Shown here piece after piece: positions 31,309 through 40,165 of a stretch of DNA of 40,165 bases. The notes below the pieces were generated by a model, which was given only the letters and a program-made list of their open reading frames with translations, was not told where the DNA came from and did no database searches. Every line of letters starts with the position of its first letter. Position 1 is the first letter of the stretch. This DNA is from Dimorphilus gyrociliatus (Eukaryota > Animalia > Annelida): contig CAJFCJ010000148.1 of assembly GCA_904063045.1 (NCBI GenBank), positions 1-40,165 of the forward strand. The letters run 5' to 3'. The translations under genes and the position numbers were made by a program.

Positions 31309-34300
31309 ATGAAAATAATAATTGATTTTTTCATAATTTTACTCCAAATTTATTGTTTATTAAATTTTTCATATTGTATTAATAATAATACATTTGAAGC
31401 TAAACCTTTTTTGGAAATAACACAAAACAAAGACAAATTTGTAAAGGGATTTTTAAAAGTTAAAGTTTTAAATTCAAATACAAGTTTTTATGTTTCTGCT
31501 GAGATATTTTTCAATGTGTCGATGGCAAATAGAATTTGTGAATCAATGGGATATGATAGTCTTTATTCAGTAGTAAATGTTCAAGATGAATATGCACAGA
31601 ATTTTGTTCAAATTATTTCTACTTTAAACAACTTTGTCTATTGTTTATTGTAAAAATAGAAATCAATTAAATTTAATACAATAATGAAATTGCTATATCT
31701 TTTTTTTTCTAGTCATAAAACTCTATCTTCTTCAAATTTATTACATAAAGCAATAGTTTTAAAATGTTATAAAAGAAATTCAAACTGTTTAGTTTTTTTT
31801 TCTTTTAAATATCCAATTGTCTATTTTTTTTTCTAATTTTATTTTTCTATTACAGATCTCTTTACAATAAGACAAAATGTTGACAATTATCAAATGTTTT
31901 TAAGAAAAAATGTGACTACATTCACAGTTTATGGATTAGACTTTTTTCAAAATCAAATATGTTATCAAAGTGAATTTTTTATCATCAAATCTTCAAATAA
32001 TTCTAGTAATGATTACAATGAAAAAGCAATGAAAAGTGTCTTAATTCACATAAAAAATGATATTTTAAATTTTAAATTTAAATTTAAAATATCAAGTTTA
32101 TATGAAAAAATTGTGTTATGTGAAATAAATATAATTCATGGTACTAAAATTTAATGGAATAGTTTTCTACTTCTTTTTTATCTGTTCTTTTCAAATATTT
32201 TTCACAGAAATTGAAAATATATTTCAAGAAAAAAGAGAATTCTTCAACTTTTATCTTAATATTAATCAATCATTTCATAAGAAATATTTTTTCATAACCT
32301 CTAAATCATATGGAAATATTCCATTAATGTTTCATTCAGTAATTGAAACAGATGCTGCTTGTTCATTTACCTGTAGGCTTTTAGGACAAACTTTTAATAG
32401 AGTGGATAATTGTCAAATTGAACAAGTTGTTCAGAAGGTGTGATACATAATTAATACCATTTTGAACACTTAATTCTCTTTTTAATATTTCAAAAAAGAA
32501 AATTTTACCAACAATTCAAACATGTGGAAAAAATGAAATCAGTATTCTAAATTGTTTTTCATTAGAAATGCCAAAACAAAAAGAAACAATGATTAAAATT
32601 GTATCAAAATTAACATGTAAAACATCTAATACAGGTATCTAATTCCTTCCAGCCATTTTTTCTAATTATTTCTAATAACATTTGTAAATTAAAAGATAGA
32701 AATCATTTGACATTAAATGATTTAAATTTAATTTATTTAAAAATTACAAAAAGTAAAACATATGATATTGGAATATTGAAAGGAAATATTTCAAATAATG
32801 AAAGTTATGCTAGTTATTATATTCATTATAAAAAATTATCTATTGATATAACAAATAAATTATGCTATTTTTTTGGATATGATAGTCTACATTCTCTAAT
32901 TAATCCATGGATGATCAATGATAGTAAATCAATTCATCCAGATGGTATAGTAAATATTCAATATGATGAAAAGAATTTGGATATATACTTGTAAAATATT
33001 TTTAGTAGTCTTAAAGGGTTTTCATGGAAAAAGTACACAAATAGATGATTTTATTTTAACCCTTAGATTCAATACTAAAGTCTTATCTTTGAATATTTCA
33101 TTTGTGAACATTTTCCAGCAATCCTATTTATAAATTTTATACTTTAATATTTTTTTACTCAGCAAACTACAAAAGAAAGAAATATCAAAAATTGGCATGA
33201 CTTTAAAGTGTTTTAGAACAGATGCAGATTGTATTGTTTTCTTTGTAGAAAAACAAAAAATTTAAATGTAAAATGTTTTCAAAAATTAGATTTATTTGCC
33301 AAAGAAAAATCAAATTTGTTGTATGAAATATTTCTAAGAAGAAAACAAAGAAATCATAGAATTTATGGAAATGTCTTTCAGACAGAGGCAATATGTAAAA
33401 AGGCTGAATTTCACTTATCATTTACTAGAAATCTTCTTCCTGAACCTAAAGTGGATATATCCATTTCTTTTTCTAGGAAAAGAACTTATTCATATAATAC
33501 TCTTCTATTAAAAGAAATTGAATGTTCATATTTGAACTTGAATGGTCAATTAATAAAATTTTTATTATATTTTCCATTATTTTAACATCTATTTCATTTT
33601 TATAGATTTGGAAATACATAAAAATATAAGTGATATTGAGAAATCTTTAAACTTTCCCTCAATCTCCAATCAATTAATTGATATTATCTTTAAATCAAAA
33701 ACTTGGGGGTATTTTTTACCTGCAGTAGATGTTAATTTGGAAAAAGCCCAACTATGTTCATATATATGTAGACAATTCTCTTTAAGATACAAATCATGTT
33801 CATATAGAGAAGAGATTTTAAAGGTAAATAAAAACAGTTTTTCAAAAAAAAAATAAAACTACAACATTCAATTTTTCAAAAAATATTATTCAAGACACCA
33901 AAAGTAATTAAATGTAATAAAGATACAACACAAAATTGTAAAGTCGAATTCAAAGATCAAGCTGAAAAAGTTCATATTTTAAATCCAAAATGTAAATTAC
34001 CATCAAAAATTAAAAGTAATATTTCTACTTTGATTTTTAAAATTACAATTTTAATATTAATACTAAAAGATTTTAGACTGGTTTTTACATGGGATGATAT
34101 TCTTAATGAAAAGAGAGAAGAAATATTAATGACATATGAAGGAGTTTTTGAAATGTTCATCAATAGAAAATGGTACAAGTTTAGATATTTAAGATATAAT
34201 GAAGTTAACAAAATATGTTCAATTTTTGGATTTAATTTTGGAACTATTGTAAAAAGATCATCAAAAAATATTAACCATTTAGCAAGAGTTGCTCTACCAT

Positions 34301-37300
34301 GGACTTTTAACAGAATATATGAAACAATATATTGTAATTCAAGTACTATACAAGATAGTGATTTATTCAAATGTCAATTAATTAAACAGTAAACATTATG
34401 TTCATTTTCTTCCATTGATTTATTCTCCAAGTCTATTTTTTTTAAAAAAGAGATAAAAATCATTGGGTTCCTTATCATGTTAAATGCTCAATGAAAAAGT
34501 TAATTGTACAAAATGGTACAAAAGAGACACTTTTTTTTCTCTTTATATACTTTTATTCAAATCATTCATCATCATCATAAACATGATTCTCATATTCTTT
34601 CTTGTTTTCAATAGAATGTATTGGCCAATTTGTTTTATCTATATATGAAGTGTGCTACTATATGTTTAAACAAGAAAAATACCATCAACTATATCAAATT
34701 GAATCTTATTGCCAAAAGAGAAATTTGACACTTGCTGATTTTCCAACTACTCTTGATGTATTCATGTTTTTATTTCTGTCCAGTACAATTCAACCAGATC
34801 TTAGACAACAATCTATTCACAAAAGTTCTATTGGATATTACAGTAAGTTGTGATGATCAATTGGGTCCATTTTGTTGAAAACTCATAAATTTCTAATAAT
34901 TGGACCCAATTTTTCTCTTCAACCTACATTTTTTTCATCAAGCCATTCTTTTCTATTGTTTTCAAAAAATAAAAAAAAAAGTATTATCCAAAGGAAAAAC
35001 TGTTTATGGTATTGATTTATTCAAAACAACTTCCAACAGATCAACAAACTTACCATTATTTTTCAACCATTTGGTAATTTTATATAAACTTAGATTATAT
35101 TTTAGAGATTTTGAAAATTTTCAATACTGATTAAATTTGCCATACATTATTTCAAAAACATGAAATATCTTCTCATCCAAATTGGATGTTCTTTTCAAAA
35201 TCTCAATTTTTCAATATATTATATATGATGATATTTTTTATGTTCAATGTATTGAAAATTTCTCTTGTTTTTAATAAACATTTAGAAAATTGATATAATA
35301 AAAAATTTAAATGTAAACACGCCACTAAGAGATGAAAATGTTGACAAATTAAGTTTTTGTGACAAGAAATGTTTGAGAATTAAAGTTCATATTTTAATTT
35401 TTTTAAAAAACAAACTAAAAATTTTTAACAAACCCAAATATTTTTATTTAGACAGACAGAAATTTCAATTTCGTTTATTTTAAACATGAAACGCTAAATT
35501 GTTTTGAATATTATTTTGAAAAATATATTATTTGTCAAAAATTTCAACATACTGAAAATTTTCAATATGATTTTCAATTTGAGATGATCAAAGACAATAA
35601 TCTACCTTATCATCATTTGAAAGAAAATACCTTTTATTGCTCTAAAGATGGTTATTTTATAAATATTATGTACATTTGTAATGGACAATATGAATGTTTG
35701 TCACAAGAAGACGAGAAAGATTGCAAAAATGATTCAATTCAATTTTTTTATTGTCAAAAAACAGAGGAAACCATTCACTATCTTAGTGTTTGTAATTATT
35801 TAATTGATTGTTCAGATGGATCAGATGAATTATTTTGTGGTAGAGAATTTTTCATTTTATCTTCCTCTCTTATCTAACCTTGTCTAATATAATAATTCTA
35901 TATTTATCAGAATATGAAGAATGTCCAAAAGGATTTAAGTAAGAAATGATATTTTTTTTAGGAGAGATATTTAATTAATCTTTTCCCAAAAACTGAAGAA
36001 AATGTCACAATAAACAATGTGTTCAAAATGATAAAATATGTAATAATGAAAAAAATTGCTTTGATTCAAGTGATGAAATTTGTAAAAGTGATTCTTCATT
36101 AATTCAAAATTTTACAAAAAGTTTTTATTAAAGTTATAAAACAGACAAATATTTTTTTAAATATTTTTCATTTATAGATTGTAATGAAGATTATCAATTT
36201 GAATGTGACATGATATGTCTACCCAAATCTATGTATAATGATGGAAAATATGATTGTTTAGACAAAAGAGATGAAATAAAGCCAACTTTTCGAAATAATG
36301 AGAATTGTTCTTTTCGTATAAATTCTTTAGGTCTTCCTCTAACTAATCTATTTGTGAAAAAGACATGTAAAAGTTCTTTTTGTCCACCTGGTCAATATTT
36401 ATGCCACAGATTCAAATATTGTATATCAATTGAACAAGTTTGCGATGGAGTTTCTCAATGTTACTATGGCGATGATGAAAATGATTGTAGTAAGGAAAAA
36501 TATAAAAATAAAGTTTTCCATTTCACATTTTTTCTTTTAAAAAAATTTCAGAAAACTTTATTGCAAAAGGTTTCTTTAAATGTTTCAATAGTAGAAAGTT
36601 TATAAATACTGACAAATTTTGTGATAATGAAATGAATTGTAAATATGGAGATGATGAATTATTTTGTAAATTACCAAAAAACACCAACATATCATTTTGT
36701 AAACAAATCTCATATGTACAAATAAATTGTGAATTTCCTAAAGACTATAATGATAGTTTACAGCAATTAAATTGGAATGTAATAAATTCAAGTGAAAATA
36801 TAAAATTGTATAAAAATATTATAATATTTGGCAAAGTTCCAAAAATTTTTAATTTAAATTTGAAACAATTGAATTATTTAAAAATTAAAAATAATGATTA
36901 TTTTTTTGAAAATTTTACAAAACTTTATCCAAATTTAGTTTATCTTTTTATTGAAAATTGTAAAAATATTACTAATGAAACAATTCTATTCAATTCTCCT
37001 CTTAATCTTTTACAAAAGTTAAGTATTTCAAAAAGTCAAAAGTTTCTATCATTAAACTTTCTACAAAATTTGAAATGTTATAACCTACGATATTTGGATA
37101 TATCATTTACAAAAATATCTTATATTTACTACTCAGATTTTAAGAATATAACAAATTTAAATACTTTAAAAATGTTAAATTGCATTTATTTAAAAGATAT
37201 TGAAACAATTGCTTTCAAACAATTAAAGAGATTAAAATATTTTTATTGGAAAGATACAAATATAAGAGAAAAATATTTTATTGAAATTGCCAAAAATTTA

Positions 37301-39112
37301 AAAAATATACTTTTAATTTATGGAAATGATTTTAATTTTTGTTGTTTAATTTGGAATTTTAAGAGTAAAAGTATAGAATGTCAACCATCAAAATCAATTT
37401 TTTATAAATGTTCCAATCTTCTTACATCACTCTTTATTAGAGTTGTTTTTTGGACATTTGGATTATTTGGATTAATTGGAAACATATTCTCATTCATTCA
37501 TATTGCAATGAATCATCAATCATCTAAATATTATCATCTCTTATTGACATTTAGCTTTGCTGTAACATCTTTATATATTTTATCAATAGCTGCTGTTGAT
37601 GAGCACTATAAAGGAGTTTATTTAGAAAATCAAGAATATTGGAGAAATAGTGATTTCTGTAAATCATTAGGTGTATTAATAACAAGCTCACTTGTCCTAT
37701 CATCGCTCAGTATGCTATTAATAACAGTTGAAAGACACCAAGGAATATGTTATTTTTTTAAGAAATCTATATTTAATACATGTCCCAAACTGTTGTCATC
37801 AACTGCAATAATATTATCTATACTCATATCAACTCTACCAATAATTCTTGAGGTATAAATACTTGTAAACTGGTAGTAATAAACTTTTATATACAATTTT
37901 TTATTATAAGAATGATTTATTTGATGAAAATCCACTTTGCCTTAATATTTATACAAGAAATAAAAGAGGTTATGGGTGGATATGTTTATTTATATTTTTT
38001 TGCATCATCAATCCATCTATAAGCCTATTAATCATATTTTTATATATTAAAATATCAATTTTTGTTAAAAAATCCTCAAAGCTTCTATCAACAAATGATA
38101 TAATTAACTATACAAATAATTCTGAACATCTCTTAATTAGATTAAGAATTCATATTCTCTTAATAATTTTTACAAATTTTATTGCATCTCTACCATTTAC
38201 ATTATTAAGTTTGTTTTCAATTTTTTAACAAACTGTACCCAGACTTTTATCTTTTAGATTATAGGCTTAATTTTTGCATTATTTTGTTTTTTTGTCAGGG
38301 TTCAGTTTATTGATTTTGTTTTCTGTCTTTTTATACCATTTTATTTTTGTTCTTTATACTGAAAATAGGTTTTATGGGATTTATTCCAAATATTAATTTT
38401 AATAGTGATTCATATGTTCTACTTTTATCAATTATTCTACCATTAAATTCAGTTTTTAATCCAATTATTCTTCCTGTTGGTGAATTTTTTAAATTTTGCA
38501 AAAATTTTAAACATTTAAATAATAAGAAAAGGTATGAAAATATATTTTTATCAAAAACATAGAAGAAATTCAAACCTTTCACTTCTCTTTTAAAATTTTA
38601 GACAAAATTTAGTTGAAGAAATTTCAAATTTAAATTTTAAAAAAAGTTTAGTAAAGTAAAAATTTTTGAAATTTAAATTTTTTTTTGAATTAATTTGTTT
38701 TTTAGTGATTGATTTCTATGAACATGAAAAAGAAAACCATCTTTGTAATTTTAAAAATATTAATCATTATAAAAAAGATTACATCTCTAGATCCTTTTAT
38801 TCTAATTTACTGTTTTTTATATGTATTAAACAAATGGTCAAAGCTGTTATATTCCTTCATTCAACTGGTTTTTCACTTGATGGACAGTTTACTGTTGATT
38901 CTATTGTATTCGATGTAAAATTTTATTCGTATTTTTAATCATTGTATAGTTATTCTATTTCCTCATAGGAAGAGAGGATAAGCTTCTTTCTTGCTGTTAA
39001 ACAACTACATCAAGCTACTGATGTAAATAAAAGTGATGATTTAGCTTCATTGGGAAATCTTATTAAAAAAATTCTCCATAAGAGAACTGTTCTTGTGTCT
39101 AAAAATAAATAA
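31309..39112 (+). CDS. Multi-exon GRL101/LGR-type receptor: signal peptide, several SRCR-like repeats, C-type-lectin-like segment, about 6 LDLa repeats, LRRs, 7TM, probable kinase-like tail
   Basis: Phase-compatible GT-AG introns at 35840-35910, 35939-35998, 36082-36177, 36490-36551, 37853-37910 and 38209-38368; LDLa motifs (CNYLIDCSDGSDELFC); FCCL hinge; TM1 FGLIGN, TM3 VERH, TM7 ILPLNSVFNPI. Without further splicing it stops at 38562. 5' exon boundaries are only partly resolved. Confidence 0.85.
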
Positions 39113-39315
39113 AGAAAAAGTTGTTCTTTTGTAATTTTGCAGTTTATTTTTTCTGTTTAAATTCCAAAAAGAATTGTTAATCCGGATAATCCTTTCATTT
39201 AGATTAGTCTTATACTTATACTTATCTTAATAGCCTAAGACACAATAGGTTGAAGTTTAAGGCTAGGTTTATTGAATAAATTTAGCAAATTTACATAAAT
39301 ATAACTTTTGTGGAT

Positions 39316-39440
39316 GTTGAAATGTAACAGTCTCACAATGACATATAACAAAAACATGAAAAACTATTACATCACTTAGGGTTAAGATGTGGCACAGCAA
39401 AAACAAGCCTGCCTCTTCAGCATCTGTTTTTGAATAAGAA
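39316..39440 (+). repeat. Dispersed repeat family C
   Basis: TTGAAATGTAACAGTCTCACA...CAAGCCTGCCTCTTCAGCATCTG matches 21290-21390 and the reverse complement of 27760-27885. Confidence 0.85.
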
Positions 39441-39454
39441 TTAAAGCAAATGAA

Positions 39455-39830
39455 TGGCAAAAGTGTGGTTCAGTTTGTTAACAGAGCAAAAAATTTGATA
39501 AAGAGGTTTTCTCCATCTAGACCAATGGACCCATAATTGCTTGCAAAAATTAAAGAAATGAGACTAATGGAAGTTTTACAAAGAGGTTTACAAGAGGAAA
39601 TTCTACATTTAGTGCACACCTTACATCCTAGATGTCAAACTTTGGCAGAACTATATGATGCTGCTAAGAAAGCAGAAACAACATTAAAACTAACTTAGAG
39701 AAAACCAATCCCAAGGGTGTCCAAGTTGAACACTCAAAAGAGAAAAGAGCCCAGAAGGACCCAGGTGATAAGAAAAGATGCTTCTGCAGAAACCCAAAAT
39801 TTTTGGAATTGAAAGCATGTACCTGAGCAG
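39455..39830 (+). mobile_element. Retrotransposon gag-like fragment, homolog of 15094-15630
   Basis: VVQFVNRAKNLIKRFSP...LMEVLQRGLQEEILHLVHTLHPRCQTLAELYD, with in-frame stops. Confidence 0.55.
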
Positions 39831-40165
39831 TACAGTCCAATAGACATAATTCTTGTGTTTTATGAAATCTAACAACACTATGACTCAGTCAATAGTGAAT
39901 GAATTTTCCCGAGTGTTTTATAAATGGCATATGTATTTGACCATTAATAGTTTGAAGACTAAAAAAATATATTTGAAAGTTGTACAATAGCATACAATAA
40001 AAATTGTTATACTCTCTCCTCTAATAGATAGGAAATATTGCAAAAGTATTGAGCAGTGCTAATCACCAAACTGGTTCTATTTTTTCTAGAAAACTGATTT
40101 TGTAATATTTTTAATCTTAGCCTGTATGAAAAATATTGAAATTTTTCTCTTAGAATACAAAGAAT

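Noticed and set aside
38299-38368. Alternative upstream acceptor (38298) for the TM7 exon
   Set aside because: Also in frame, but adds a 23-aa intron-like Phe/Leu run; the 38368 acceptor gives a more typical TM6-TM7 spacing

Overview
Very AT-rich eukaryotic DNA with short (about 50-100 nt) GT-AG introns and TTAGGG-type motifs. The gene content suggests a lophotrochozoan with a compact genome, possibly an annelid (inference only). Apparently intact genes: (i) a secreted 2x chitin-binding (CBM14)-TSP1-3x C1q protein (8548->6563, -); (ii) two divergently oriented genes ending in a GDPH/ITI-heavy-chain C-terminal-like domain, flanking a 528-N gap; (iii) a single-ORF RNI/NLR-type LRR array built from about ten 171-bp units (21951-23687); (iv) a large multi-exon GRL101/LGR-type receptor (31309 to 38562 or 39112) with SRCR-like, C-type-lectin-like, LDLa, LRR and 7TM parts and a probable spliced kinase-like C-terminal tail. 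Between them lie Mutator-like (MULE) transposase relics and MITEs with 8-9 bp TSDs (one MITE family carries TAACCC repeats), Ty3/Gypsy gag and RT fragments, a decayed Tc1 element, many shattered NLR/LRR-like gene fragments that behave as dispersed repeats, and a pseudogenised bacterial-type MDR alcohol dehydrogenase (candidate HGT). All family assignments come from motif recognition by eye; no searches were run.
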